Position numbers and translations under genes: made by a program. 40,690 nucleotides of DNA from Escherichia coli (lineage in GTDB: Bacteria; Pseudomonadota; Gammaproteobacteria; Enterobacterales; Enterobacteriaceae): assembly GCF_003334335.1 (NCBI RefSeq), contig NZ_QOWQ01000038.1, one strand, 5' to 3'. Shown here in pieces: positions 10,632 to 20,963 of this stretch. The notes beneath the pieces are model-generated. The model was given only the letters and a program-made list of their open reading frames with translations. It had not been told where the DNA came from and searched no databases. The first letter of the stretch is position 1. Every line of letters starts with the position of its first letter.

Positions 10632-12173
10632 ATGCCTTATCTACTTGAAATGAAGAACATTACCAAAACCTTCGGCAGTGTGAAGGCGATTGATAACGTC
10701 TGCTTGCGGTTGAATGCTGGCGAAATCGTCTCACTTTGTGGGGAAAATGGGTCTGGTAAATCAACGCTGATGAAAGTGCTGTGTGGTATTTATCCCCATG
10801 GCTCCTACGAAGGCGAAATTATTTTTGCGGGAGAAGAGATTCAGGCGAGTCACATCCGCGATACCGAACGCAAAGGTATCGCCATCATTCATCAGGAATT
10901 GGCCCTGGTGAAAGAATTGACCGTGCTGGAAAATATCTTCCTGGGTAACGAAATAACCCACAATGGCATTATGGATTATGACCTGATGACGCTACGCTGT
11001 CAGAAGCTGCTCGCACAGGTCAGTTTATCCATTTCACCTGATACCCGCGTTGGCGATTTAGGGCTTGGGCAACAACAACTGGTTGAAATTGCCAAGGCAC
11101 TTAATAAACAGGTGCGCTTGTTAATTCTCGATGAACCGACAGCCTCATTAACTGAGCAGGAAACGTCGGTTTTACTGGATATTATTCGCGATCTACAACA
11201 GCACGGTATCGCCTGTATTTATATTTCGCACAAACTCAACGAAGTCAAAGCGATTTCCGATACGATTTGCGTTATTCGCGACGGACAGCACATTGGTACG
11301 CGTGATGCTGCCGGAATGAGTGAAGACGATATTATCACCATGATGGTCGGGCGAGAGTTAACCGCGCTTTACCCTAATGAACCACATACCACCGGAGATG
11401 AAATATTACGTATTGAACATCTGACGGCATGGCATCCGGTTAATCGTCATATTAAACGAGTTAATGATGTCTCGTTTTCCCTGAAACGTGGCGAAATATT
11501 GGGTATTGCCGGACTCGTTGGTGCCGGACGTACCGAGACCATTCAGTGCCTGTTTGGTGTGTGGCCCGGACAATGGGAAGGAAAAATTTATATTGATGGC
11601 AAACAGGTAGATATTCGTAACTGTCAGCAAGCCATCGCCCAGGGGATTGCGATGGTCCCCGAAGACAGAAAGCGCGACGGCATCGTTCCGGTAATGGCGG
11701 TTGGTAAAAATATTACCCTCGCCGCACTCAATAAATTTACCGGTGGCATTAGCCAGCTTGATGACGCGGCAGAGCAAAAATGTATTCTGGAATCAATCCA
11801 GCAACTCAAAGTTAAAACGTCGTCCCCCGACCTTGCTATTGGACGTTTGAGCGGCGGCAATCAGCAAAAAGCGATCCTCGCTCGCTGTCTGTTACTTAAC
11901 CCGCGCATTCTCATTCTTGATGAACCCACCAGGGGTATCGATATTGGCGCGAAATACGAGATCTACAAATTAATTAACCAACTCGTCCAGCAGGGTATTG
12001 CCGTTATTGTCATCTCTTCCGAATTACCTGAAGTGCTCGGCCTTAGCGATCGTGTACTGGTGATGCATGAAGGGAAACTAAAAGCCAACCTGATAAATCA
12101 TAACCTGACTCAGGAGCAGGTGATGGAAGCCGCATTGAGGAGCGAACATCATGTCGAAAAGCAATCCGTCTGA
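10632..12173 (+). CDS. xylG: D-xylose ABC transporter ATP-binding protein (duplicated ABC domain)
   Basis: 513 aa with two Walker A motifs ([18 protein letters not shown]) and two ABC signature motifs ([15 protein letters not shown]). Confidence 0.95.
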
Positions 12174-13332
12174 AGTGAAATTGGCCGTACCGACATCCGG
12201 TGGCTTCTCCGGGCTGAAATCACTGAATTTGCAGGTCTTCGTGATGATTGCAGCTATCATCGCAATCATGCTGTTCTTTACCTGGACCACCGATGGTGCC
12301 TACTTAAGCGCCCGTAACGTCTCCAACCTGTTACGCCAGACCGCGATTACCGGCATCCTCGCGGTAGGAATGGTGTTCGTCATAATTTCTGCTGAAATCG
12401 ACCTTTCCGTCGGCTCAATGATGGGGCTGTTAGGTGGCGTCGCGGCGATTTGTGACGTCTGGTTAGGCTGGCCTTTGCCACTTACCATCATTGTGACGCT
12501 GGTTCTGGGACTGCTTCTCGGTGCCTGGAACGGATGGTGGGTCGCGTACCGTAAAGTCCCTTCATTTATTGTCACCCTCGCGGGCATGTTGGCATTTCGC
12601 GGCATACTCATTGGCATCACCAACGGCACGACTGTATCCCCCACCAGCGCCGCGATGTCACAAATTGGGCAAAGCTATCTCCCCGCCAGTACCGGCTTCA
12701 TCATTGGCGCGCTTGGCTTAATGGCTTTTGTTGGTTGGCAATGGCGCGGAAGAATGCGCCGTCAGGCTTTGGGTTTACAGTCTCCGGCCTCTACCGCAGT
12801 AGTCGGTCGCCAGGCTTTAACCGCTATCATCGTATTAGGCGCAATCTGGCTGTTGAATGATTACCGTGGCGTTCCCACTCCTGTTCTGCTGCTGACGTTG
12901 CTGTTACTCGGCGGAATGTTTATGGCAACGCGGACGGCATTTGGACGACGCATTTATGCCATCGGCGGCAATCTGGAAGCAGCACGTCTCTCCGGGATTA
13001 ACGTTGAACGCACCAAACTTGCCGTGTTCGCGATTAACGGATTAATGGTAGCCATCGCCGGATTAATCCTTAGTTCTCGACTTGGCGCTGGTTCACCTTC
13101 TGCGGGAAATATCGCCGAACTGGACGCAATTGCAGCATGCGTGATTGGCGGCACCAGCCTGGCTGGCGGTGTGGGAAGCGTTGCCGGAGCAGTAATGGGG
13201 GCATTTATCATGGCTTCACTGGATAACGGCATGAGTATGATGGATGTACCGACCTTCTGGCAGTATATCGTTAAAGGTGCGATTCTGTTGCTGGCAGTAT
13301 GGATGGACTCCGCAACCAAACGCCGTTCTTGA
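12151..13332 (+). CDS. xylH: D-xylose ABC transporter permease
   Basis: 393-aa polytopic membrane protein. Overlaps the xylG 3' end by 23 nt. Confidence 0.93.
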
Positions 13333-13365
13333 TTTTGATAAAAATTTTCTCAAAGCCGGTTACGT

Positions 13366-13387
13366 ATTACCGGTTTTGAGTTTTTGC
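13366..13387 (+). terminator. Weak hairpin plus T-tract between xylH and xylR (possible partial terminator)
   Basis: ccggt-N8-accgg followed by ttttgagttttt. Short 5-bp stem, so low confidence. Confidence 0.25.
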
Positions 13388-13409
13388 ATGATTCAGCAGG
13401 AAAAGAACC

Positions 13410-14588
13410 ATGTTTACTAAACGTCACCGCATCACATTACTGTTCAATGCCAATAAAGCCTATGACCGGCAGGTAGTAGAAGGCGTAGGGGAATATTTAC
13501 AGGCGTCACAATCGGAATGGGATATTTTCATTGAAGAAGATTTCCGCGCCCGCATTGATAAAATCAAGGACTGGTTAGGAGATGGCGTCATTGCCGACTT
13601 CGACGACAAACAGATCGAGCAAGCGCTGGCTGATGTCGACGTCCCCATTGTTGGGGTTGGCGGCTCGTATCACCTTGCAGAAAGTTACCCACCCGTTCAT
13701 TACATTGCCACCGATAACTATGCGCTGGTTGAAAGCGCATTTTTGCATTTAAAAGAGAAAGGCGTTAACCGCTTTGCTTTTTATGGTCTTCCGGAATCAA
13801 GCGGCAAACGTTGGGCCACTGAGCGCGAATATGCATTTCGTCAGCTTGTCGCCGAAGAAAAGTATCGCGGAGTGGTTTATCAGGGGTTAGAAACCGCGCC
13901 AGAGAACTGGCAACACGCGCAAAATCGGCTGGCAGACTGGCTACAAACGCTACCACCGCAAACCGGGATTATTGCCGTTACTGACGCCCGAGCGCGGCAT
14001 ATTCTGCAAGTATGTGAACATCTACATATTCCCGTACCGGAAAAATTATGCGTGATTGGCATCGATAACGAAGAACTGACCCGCTATCTGTCGCGTGTCG
14101 CCCTTTCTTCGGTCGCTCAGGGCGCGCGGCAAATGGGCTATCAGGCGGCAAAACTGTTGCATCGATTATTAGATAAAGAAGAAATGCCGCTACAGCGAAT
14201 TTTGGTCCCACCAGTTCGCGTCATTGAACGGCGCTCAACAGATTATCGCTCGCTGACCGATCCCGCCGTTATTCAGGCCATGCATTACATTCGTAATCAC
14301 GCCTGTAAAGGGATTAAAGTGGATCAGGTACTGGATGCGGTCGGGATCTCGCGCTCCAATCTTGAGAAGCGTTTTAAAGAAGAGGTGGGTGAAACCATCC
14401 ATGCCATGATTCATGCCGAGAAGCTGGAGAAAGCGCGCAGTCTGCTGATTTCAACCACCTTGTCGATCAATGAGATATCGCAAATGTGCGGTTATCCATC
14501 GCTGCAATATTTCTACTCTGTTTTTAAAAAAGCATATGACACGACGCCAAAAGAGTATCGCGATGTAAATAGCGAGGTCATGTTGTAG
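13410..14588 (+). CDS. xylR: Xylose operon transcriptional activator (AraC family, periplasmic-binding-protein-like N-domain)
   Basis: 392 aa. C-terminal AraC-type helix-turn-helix region (ISQMCGYPSLQYFYSVFKKAYDTTPKEYR). Confidence 0.93.
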   Translation: MFTKRHRITLLFNANKAYDRQVVEGVGEYLQASQSEWDIFIEEDFRARIDKIKDWLGDGVIADFDDKQIEQALADVDVPIVGVGGSYHLAESYPPVHYIATDNYALVESAFLHLKEKGVNRFAFYGLPESSGKRWATEREYAFRQLVAEEKYRGVVYQGLETAPENWQHAQNRLADWLQTLPPQTGIIAVTDARARHILQVCEHLHIPVPEKLCVIGIDNEELTRYLSRVALSSVAQGARQMGYQAAKLLHRLLDKEEMPLQRILVPPVRVIERRSTDYRSLTDPAVIQAMHYIRNHACKGIKVDQVLDAVGISRSNLEKRFKEEVGETIHAMIHAEKLEKARSLLISTTLSINEISQMCGYPSLQYFYSVFKKAYDTTPKEYRDVNSEVML

Positions 14589-14605
14589 CGATGATGAGAA
14601 TTGTC

Positions 14606-14668
<63 letters not shown>

Positions 14669-14738
14669 CCGCCAGGCATGATAAAACGCACCAACAACGC
14701 TTCAGGCTCGTAGCTCAACTGCCTGAGACAAAGTAAAA

Positions 14739-14770
14739 AGCCTTATCCGACTGACAAGTCGGATAAGGCT
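14739..14770 (-). terminator. bax terminator (hairpin plus U-tract on the - strand)
   Basis: 11-bp stem ccttatccgac / gtcggataagg with loop tgacaa. The + strand has aaaaa immediately 5' of the hairpin, which is a U-tract after it on the - strand. Confidence 0.5.
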
Positions 14771-14783
14771 CAAGGAAATGCAA

Positions 14784-15608
14784 TTACATATGCGCCGCGA
14801 TTAACCGTTGGTTATCCTGGTACATTGCGAACAGGTAGTTGTTATAACTCTTCCCTTTGGTCGAGTAGCCCTTCAGCTTGTGAATCATCGCTGTGGCAGT
14901 CACTTCCTGATCCGCTTTACGCAGCTGCGCACGCGATTTACGGAACGAAGAGTAAGCCGGGTGCGTATTCAGGTTAGTGACATAGGCGCTCACCGATTCT
15001 TTGACAGAACTAAACTGTGAGTACCCTTTCACTTTACCTGGCGCATTGGTACAACGTCCTTTCATGCATTTCATGCCGAACAGGTTGTTGTTGTTGCGCG
15101 CCAGCTTCGACGTTCCCCAACCGCTTTCTGCTGCAGCCATCGTCGCCACCATACTGGTGGGGATAATGTCTACGCGTTCAAGCAAGGTATTCCACGGGAT
15201 TTTTCGCGTATTACCGGACCACTTCACCTTGTAGCGTTTGGCGATGTCTTTCAGACGCGCACGCTCAGCAGGTGACCATTGGCCCTGATACTGTTTTGAA
15301 ATGAGCCAGTTACGTTCCGCAGTAATGGCCGCATTTTGGCTGGTAATGTAAGGCATTACGGTCCGGAGAAACGCCTTTTTCCTTGGTGTTCCGGAAGGGT
15401 ATTTTCGCAAATCAGGAAGTGAACTACTCTTTGCACTATTGCGAGAATACTCTTGTTTACTGCTTACCTGTTTATTACTAGCTTTAGTTAAGTGGGACTT
15501 TTGACTCGCTGTTGTTGTGTGCGTCTTCGCTAACACCTCACTCGAAAACACCAGAGTGAGTAACATAAGAATCATCGCCCCATATCGTCGTATGGGAGTC
15601 AAAATCAT
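14784..15608 (-). CDS. bax: Bax protein (predicted glucosaminidase-domain protein, function unknown)
   Basis: 274 aa, N-terminal signal/TM segment. Recognised as K-12 Bax by sequence recall. Confidence 0.85.
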   Translation of the reverse strand: MILTPIRRYGAMILMLLTLVFSSEVLAKTHTTTASQKSHLTKASNKQVSSKQEYSRNSAKSSSLPDLRKYPSGTPRKKAFLRTVMPYITSQNAAITAERNWLISKQYQGQWSPAERARLKDIAKRYKVKWSGNTRKIPWNTLLERVDIIPTSMVATMAAAESGWGTSKLARNNNNLFGMKCMKGRCTNAPGKVKGYSQFSSVKESVSAYVTNLNTHPAYSSFRKSRAQLRKADQEVTATAMIHKLKGYSTKGKSYNNYLFAMYQDNQRLIAAHM

Positions 15609-15836
15609 CAGGTCTCCTGGTCGGATTTAATCATTCCAACACCTTATATTTTTCACAAATTTGAGAGTTGAATCTCAAATCATATCAAAAATAGCTGTCA
15701 AGAGCACCCCAAGGAATAGTCCAAATCTGAAACTATGTCACGTGTTAACGATTCAGATTGGCGCTAAATCGCAGAAAATGTGGGGGTTATCGCAAAATTC
15801 AGCCGTTTTTTGCGCGAGATCGCTCACCCTTGCTTC

Positions 15837-15866
15837 TCATCCTGTGGACTTACCGCTCAGGGATGA
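15837..15866 (+). promoter_or_regulatory. Candidate MalT boxes upstream of malS
   Basis: GGATGA at 15861-15866 and its inverse TCATCC at 15837-15842, about 60-90 bp upstream of the malS ATG. MalT box consensus is GGA(T/G)GA. Confidence 0.3.
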
Positions 15867-15927
15867 GTTTTGTTTGGCTTATCGCTGGCAAACTGTCTGA
15901 AATCGCAGCAATAAGGACTCATCCGCC

Positions 15928-17958
15928 ATGAAACTCGCCGCCTGTTTTCTGACACTCCTTCCTGGCTTCGCCGTTGCCGCCAGCTGGACTTCTCCGGGGT
16001 TTCCCGCCTTTAGCGAACAGGGGACAGGAACATTTGTCAGCCACGCGCAGTTGCCCAAAGGTACGCGTCCACTAACGCTAAATTTTGACCAACAGTGCTG
16101 GCAGCCTGCGGATGCGATAAAACTCAATCAGATGCTTTCCCTGCAACCTTGTAGCAACACGCCGCCTCAATGGCGATTGTTCAGGGACGGCGAATATACG
16201 CTGCAAATAGACACCCGCTCCGGTACGCCAACATTGATGATTTCCATCCAGAACGCCGCCGAACCGGTAGCAAGCCTGGTCCGTGAATGCCCGAAATGGG
16301 ATGGATTACCGCTCACAGTGGATGTCAGCGCCACTTTCCCGGAAGGAGCCGCCGTACGGGATTATTACAGCCAGCAAATTGCGATAGTGAAGAACGGTCA
16401 AATAATGTTACAACCCGCTGCCACCAGCAACGGTTTACTCCTGCTGGAACGGGCAGAAACTGACACATCCGCCCCTTTCGACTGGCATAACGCCACGGTT
16501 TACTTTGTGCTGACAGATCGTTTCGAAAACGGCGATCCCAGTAATGACCAGAGTTACGGACGTCATAAAGACGGTATGGCGGAAATTGGCACTTTTCACG
16601 GCGGCGATTTACGCGGCCTGACCAACAAACTGGATTACCTCCAGCAGTTGGGCGTTAATGCTTTATGGATAAGCGCCCCATTTGAGCAAATTCACGGCTG
16701 GGTCGGCGGCGGTACAAAAGGCGATTTCCCGCATTATGCCTACCACGGTTATTACACACAGGACTGGACGAATCTTGATGCCAATATGGGCAACGAAGCC
16801 GATCTACGGACGCTGGTTGATAGCGCACATCAGCGCGGTATTCGTATTCTCTTTGATGTCGTGATGAACCACACCGGCTATGCCACGCTGGCGGATATGC
16901 AGGAGTATCAGTTTGGCGCGTTATATCTTTCTGGTGACGAAGTGAAAAAATCGCTGGGTGAACGCTGGAGCGACTGGAAACCTGCCGCCGGGCAAACCTG
17001 GCATAGCTTTAACGATTACATTAATTTCAGCGACAAAACAGGCTGGGATAAATGGTGGGGAAAAAACTGGATCAGAACGGATATCGGCGATTACGACAAT
17101 CCTGGATTCGACGATCTCACTATGTCGCTAGCCTTTTTGCCGGATATCAAAACCGAATCAACTACCGCTTCTGGTCTGCCGGTGTTCTATAAAAACAAAA
17201 TGGATACCCACGCCAAAGCCATTGACGGCTATACGCCGCGCGATTACTTAACCCACTGGTTAAGTCAGTGGGTCCGCGACTATGGGATTGATGGTTTTCG
17301 GGTCGATACCGCCAAACATGTTGAGTTGCCCGCCTGGCAGCAACTGAAAACCGAAGCCAGCGCCGCGCTTCGCGAATGGAAAAAAGCTAACCCCGACAAA
17401 GCATTAGATGACAAACCTTTCTGGATGACCGGTGAAGCCTGGGGCCACGGCGTGATGCAAAGTGACTACTATCGCCACGGCTTCGATGCGATGATCAATT
17501 TCGATTATCAGGAGCAGGCGGCGAAAGCAGTCGACTGTCTGGCGCAGATGGATACGACCTGGCAGCAAATGGCGGAGAAATTGCAGGGTTTCAACGTGTT
17601 GAGCTACCTCTCGTCGCATGATACCCGCCTGTTCCGTGAAGGGGGCGACAAAGCAGCAGAGTTATTACTATTAGCGCCAGGCGCGGTACAAATCTTTTAT
17701 GGTGATGAATCCTCGCGTCCGTTCGGTCCTACAGGTTCTGATCCGCTGCAAGGTACACGTTCGGATATGAACTGGCAGGATGTTAGCGGTAAATCTGCCG
17801 CCAGCGTCGCGCACTGGCAGAAAATCAGCCAGTTCCGCGCCCGCCATCCCGCAATTGGCGCGGGCAAACAAACGACACTTTTGCTGAAGCAGGGCTACGG
17901 CTTTGTTCGTGAGCATGGCGACGATAAAGTGCTGGTCGTCTGGGCAGGGCAACAGTAA
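15928..17958 (+). CDS. malS: Periplasmic alpha-amylase
   Basis: 676 aa with signal peptide. GH13 motifs present (GFRVDTAKH, FDVVMNHTG). Confidence 0.95.
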   Translation: MKLAACFLTLLPGFAVAASWTSPGFPAFSEQGTGTFVSHAQLPKGTRPLTLNFDQQCWQPADAIKLNQMLSLQPCSNTPPQWRLFRDGEYTLQIDTRSGTPTLMISIQNAAEPVASLVRECPKWDGLPLTVDVSATFPEGAAVRDYYSQQIAIVKNGQIMLQPAATSNGLLLLERAETDTSAPFDWHNATVYFVLTDRFENGDPSNDQSYGRHKDGMAEIGTFHGGDLRGLTNKLDYLQQLGVNALWISAPFEQIHGWVGGGTKGDFPHYAYHGYYTQDWTNLDANMGNEADLRTLVDSAHQRGIRILFDVVMNHTGYATLADMQEYQFGALYLSGDEVKKSLGERWSDWKPAAGQTWHSFNDYINFSDKTGWDKWWGKNWIRTDIGDYDNPGFDDLTMSLAFLPDIKTESTTASGLPVFYKNKMDTHAKAIDGYTPRDYLTHWLSQWVRDYGIDGFRVDTAKHVELPAWQQLKTEASAALREWKKANPDKALDDKPFWMTGEAWGHGVMQSDYYRHGFDAMINFDYQEQAAKAVDCLAQMDTTWQQMAEKLQGFNVLSYLSSHDTRLFREGGDKAAELLLLAPGAVQIFYGDESSRPFGPTGSDPLQGTRSDMNWQDVSGKSAASVAHWQKISQFRARHPAIGAGKQTTLLLKQGYGFVREHGDDKVLVVWAGQQ

Positions 17959-17964
17959 CTTTTC

Positions 17965-17997
17965 CGGCTTCCCGTTCGTCAGTACCTCGGGAAGCCG
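17965..17997 (+). terminator. Hairpin downstream of malS (no clear U-tract)
   Basis: 10-bp perfect stem cggcttcccg / cgggaagccg with a 13-nt loop, 7 nt after the malS stop. Confidence 0.3.
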
Positions 17998-18135
17998 CCA
18001 ACCAGGATAAAATGTCAGCCCTAATCAGCGTTGCAGGATAAAGCACCGCTCACTCTTCAACAGACCGATTTGCACCCCAGCAAATGTAGCGTTATTGTTA
18101 CCTTCCTTGCTACAGAGTTCGACAGATATCCCGCT

Positions 18136-19389
18136 ATGACATTCTCCCTTTTTGGTGACAAATTTACCCGCCACTCCGGCATTACGCTGTTGATGGAAGA
18201 TCTGAACGACGGTTTACGCACGCCTGGCGCGATTATGCTCGGCGGCGGTAATCCGGCGCAGATCCCGGAAATGCAGGACTACTTCCAGACGCTACTGACC
18301 GACATGCTGGAAAGTGGCAAAGCGACTGATGCACTGTGTAACTACGACGGTCCACAGGGGAAAACGGAGCTACTCACACTGCTTGCCGGAATGCTGCGCG
18401 AGAAGTTGGGTTGGGATATCGAACCACAGAATATTGCACTAACAAACGGCAGCCAGAGCGCGTTTTTCTACTTATTTAACCTGTTTGCCGGACGCCGTGC
18501 CGATGGTCGGGTCAAAAAAGTGCTGTTCCCGCTTGCACCGGAATACATTGGCTATGCTGACGCCGGACTGGAAGAAGATCTGTTTGTCTCTGCGCGTCCG
18601 AATATTGAACTGCTGCCGGAAGGCCAGTTTAAATACCACGTCGATTTTGAGCATCTGCATATTGGCGAAGAAACCGGGATGATTTGCGTCTCCCGGCCGA
18701 CGAATCCAACAGGCAATGTGATTACTGACGAAGAGTTGCTGAAGCTTGACGCGCTGGCGAATCAACACGGCATTCCGCTGGTGATTGATAACGCTTATGG
18801 CGTCCCGTTCCCGGGTATCATCTTCAGTGAAGCGCGCCCGCTATGGAATCCGAATATCGTGCTGTGCATGAGTCTTTCCAAGCTGGGTCTACCTGGCTCC
18901 CGCTGCGGCATTATCATCGCCAATGAAAAAATCATCACCGCCATCACCAATATGAACGGCATTATCAGCCTGGCACCTGGCGGTATTGGTCCGGCGATGA
19001 TGTGTGAAATGATTAAGCGTAACGATCTGCTGCGCCTGTCTGAAACAGTCATCAAACCGTTTTACTACCAGCGTGTTCAGGAAACTATCGCCATCATTCG
19101 CCGCTATTTACCGGAAAATCGCTGCCTGATTCATAAACCGGAAGGAGCCATTTTCCTCTGGCTATGGTTTAAGGATTTGCCCATTACGACCGAGCAGCTC
19201 TATCAGCGCCTGAAAGCACGCGGCGTGCTGATGGTGCCGGGGCACAACTTCTTCCCAGGGCTGGATAAACCGTGGCCGCATACGCATCAATGTATGCGCA
19301 TGAACTACGTACCAGAGCCGGAGAAAATTGAGGCGGGGGTGAAGATTCTGGCGGAAGAGATAGAAAGAGCCTGGGCTGAAAGTCACTAA
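18136..19389 (+). CDS. avtA: Valine--pyruvate aminotransferase
   Basis: ORF-track frame 18031..19389. Start placed at ATG 18136 (MTFSLFGDKFTRHSGITLLMEDL...), giving 417 aa. Confidence 0.93.
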   Translation: MTFSLFGDKFTRHSGITLLMEDLNDGLRTPGAIMLGGGNPAQIPEMQDYFQTLLTDMLESGKATDALCNYDGPQGKTELLTLLAGMLREKLGWDIEPQNIALTNGSQSAFFYLFNLFAGRRADGRVKKVLFPLAPEYIGYADAGLEEDLFVSARPNIELLPEGQFKYHVDFEHLHIGEETGMICVSRPTNPTGNVITDEELLKLDALANQHGIPLVIDNAYGVPFPGIIFSEARPLWNPNIVLCMSLSKLGLPGSRCGIIIANEKIITAITNMNGIISLAPGGIGPAMMCEMIKRNDLLRLSETVIKPFYYQRVQETIAIIRRYLPENRCLIHKPEGAIFLWLWFKDLPITTEQLYQRLKARGVLMVPGHNFFPGLDKPWPHTHQCMRMNYVPEPEKIEAGVKILAEEIERAWAESH

Positions 19390-19395
19390 AAATTG

Positions 19396-19492
19396 CCTGA
19401 TGCGCTACGCTTATCAGGCCTACATGATTTCTGCAATATATTGAATTTGGAAGAATTTGTAGGCCGGATAAGGCGTTTACGCCGCATCTGGC
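19396..19492. repeat. BIME: two inverted REP elements
   Basis: gcctgatgcgctacgcttatcaggcctac (19396-19424) and gtaggccggataaggcgtttacgccgcatctggc (19459-19492). Confidence 0.65.
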
Positions 19493-19510
19493 ATAAACAA
19501 AGCGCACTGT

Positions 19511-19534
19511 TCCGGCGTTGAGAAACGCCGGAAA
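19511..19534. terminator. Hairpin between convergent avtA and ysaA
   Basis: ttccggcgtt-gaga-aacgccggaa perfect 10-bp stem. No strong U-tract on either strand. Confidence 0.35.
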
Positions 19535-19539
19535 ACGTT

Positions 19540-20013
19540 TCAAACAGGCTGCTGCCGTAGCCGATGCCGCTGCACTTTCTCGACATCCATGCACTGCAAC
19601 GCCTTTGTCGGGCAGGCTTCAACACAGGCCGGTCCCGTCTCCCGATGCCAGCACAGATCGCACTTAATCGCCCTCGCCTTTTTGCGCGAAGAAACGACCT
19701 CCATCGCACCAAACGGGCAAGCCAGCATACAGCTTTTACAGCCAATGCAACGTGTTTGTTCAACGAAAATATGCCCATGTTCGCGGCTTATCGCGTCAAC
19801 AGGGCAGACATTCGCGCACGGTGCATCTTCACACTGATGACAGGCTACTGCCGTGGTCCAGCAGTGGTCTTTAATGACACGAATACGGGAAATAAACTCG
19901 TCTGGTGACAACGCAGCGCAATCCTGATTCTCATGATGCGACACTGCGCAAGCCACTTCACAGGTACGGCAACCGATACATTTCGTCGCATCCGCAATAA
20001 TAAACCGGTTCAT
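19540..20013 (-). CDS. ysaA: 4Fe-4S ferredoxin-type electron-transfer protein (HycB-like), YsaA
   Basis: Four Cys clusters of CxxCxxCxxxCP type (CIGCRTCEVAC, CHQCEDAPCANVCP, CIGCKSCMLACP, CDLC...CVEACP). Start at the ATG preceded by AAGGAG (MNRFIIADA..., 157 aa). Confidence 0.85.
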   Translation of the reverse strand: MNRFIIADATKCIGCRTCEVACAVSHHENQDCAALSPDEFISRIRVIKDHCWTTAVACHQCEDAPCANVCPVDAISREHGHIFVEQTRCIGCKSCMLACPFGAMEVVSSRKKARAIKCDLCWHRETGPACVEACPTKALQCMDVEKVQRHRLRQQPV

Positions 20014-20114
20014 GATCACTCCTTTGCACTAAAACAGCAGAGTGCCAGAGAGCGCGTCCCTACTGCTTTGATCCAACGAAGGAAATGTTAAAGTTTTGGC
20101 ACTTGTCCAAAGCG

Positions 20115-20963
20115 TTATGTGATCGCGCCCAGGTCATCCCTGACAGTAAATCCCAGTTCATTAGAAATAGCCTGCGCGGTTTCACGCAGTGGTTTCAGGA
20201 GATTTTTCTCTCCCACCTGTTTCAGACGTGATGTCGAAAGCGAAATCGACACGGCGTACGGCACCCGCCCATGAATATCAAACACCGGAACAGCAATACA
20301 GGAGACGCCGAGTTCGTTTTCTTCTCTGTCCATCGCCGCTCCGCTTTCACGAATGTGCGCCAGTTCGTCGAACATCGCGGGCAGCTCGGTAATGGTATTG
20401 CGGGTTAACGGCTGGATCTCATGCTGATGGCTTTCCCAGTATGACTTCACGTAGTCCGGGTGACCAAACGCCATGTAGATCTTGCCCATTGCGGAACAGT
20501 AGAGCGGCATATGCTGGCCAATATAGGCACGGGTTCGCAGCATCCCGGTTGTGGGTTCCAGCTTATAAATCAAAATAGCGTGATCGTCTTCGCGGCTGGA
20601 GAAGTTAATGGTTTCACCAGTGGCGATGTTCAGTGCCTCAAGATGCGGAGCGGCGATATGAATGATATTCAGCGAAGACAGCGCCTTCTGCCCGACGGCA
20701 ATAAATTTGGTGGTCAGGCGATAACTCCCTGCGGCAGGCGCGGTGGTCACATAGCCGCAGGACTGTAATCCCTGCAATAAGCGATGGACGGTACTCTTAT
20801 TTAAACCAGCCAGCTCCGAAAGATGCGCCAACGGACAACCGTTTGGATAGTTGCTCAAAATCTCAATCAGCATCAACCCGCGAAACAGACTCTGGCTTCC
20901 GGCTGGACGCTCTTTTTCCTGCGCCATCTCGTTCTCTTTTTTTCCCATCACTTCTTTCCCCAT
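20115..20963 (-). CDS. yiaJ: IclR-family transcriptional repressor of the yiaK-sgbE operon
   Basis: 282 aa with N-terminal HTH and C-terminal IclR effector domain. Divergent from yiaK. Confidence 0.9.
   Translation of the reverse strand: MGKEVMGKKENEMAQEKERPAGSQSLFRGLMLIEILSNYPNGCPLAHLSELAGLNKSTVHRLLQGLQSCGYVTTAPAAGSYRLTTKFIAVGQKALSSLNIIHIAAPHLEALNIATGETINFSSREDDHAILIYKLEPTTGMLRTRAYIGQHMPLYCSAMGKIYMAFGHPDYVKSYWESHQHEIQPLTRNTITELPAMFDELAHIRESGAAMDREENELGVSCIAVPVFDIHGRVPYAVSISLSTSRLKQVGEKNLLKPLRETAQAISNELGFTVRDDLGAIT

Noticed and set aside
19184-19908. ORFs of 114-136 aa overlapping the avtA 3' end, the BIME and ysaA
   Set aside because: They run through REP palindromes and antisense to ysaA/avtA. 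Their Arg/Cys/Ala-rich composition reflects GC-rich antisense translation.
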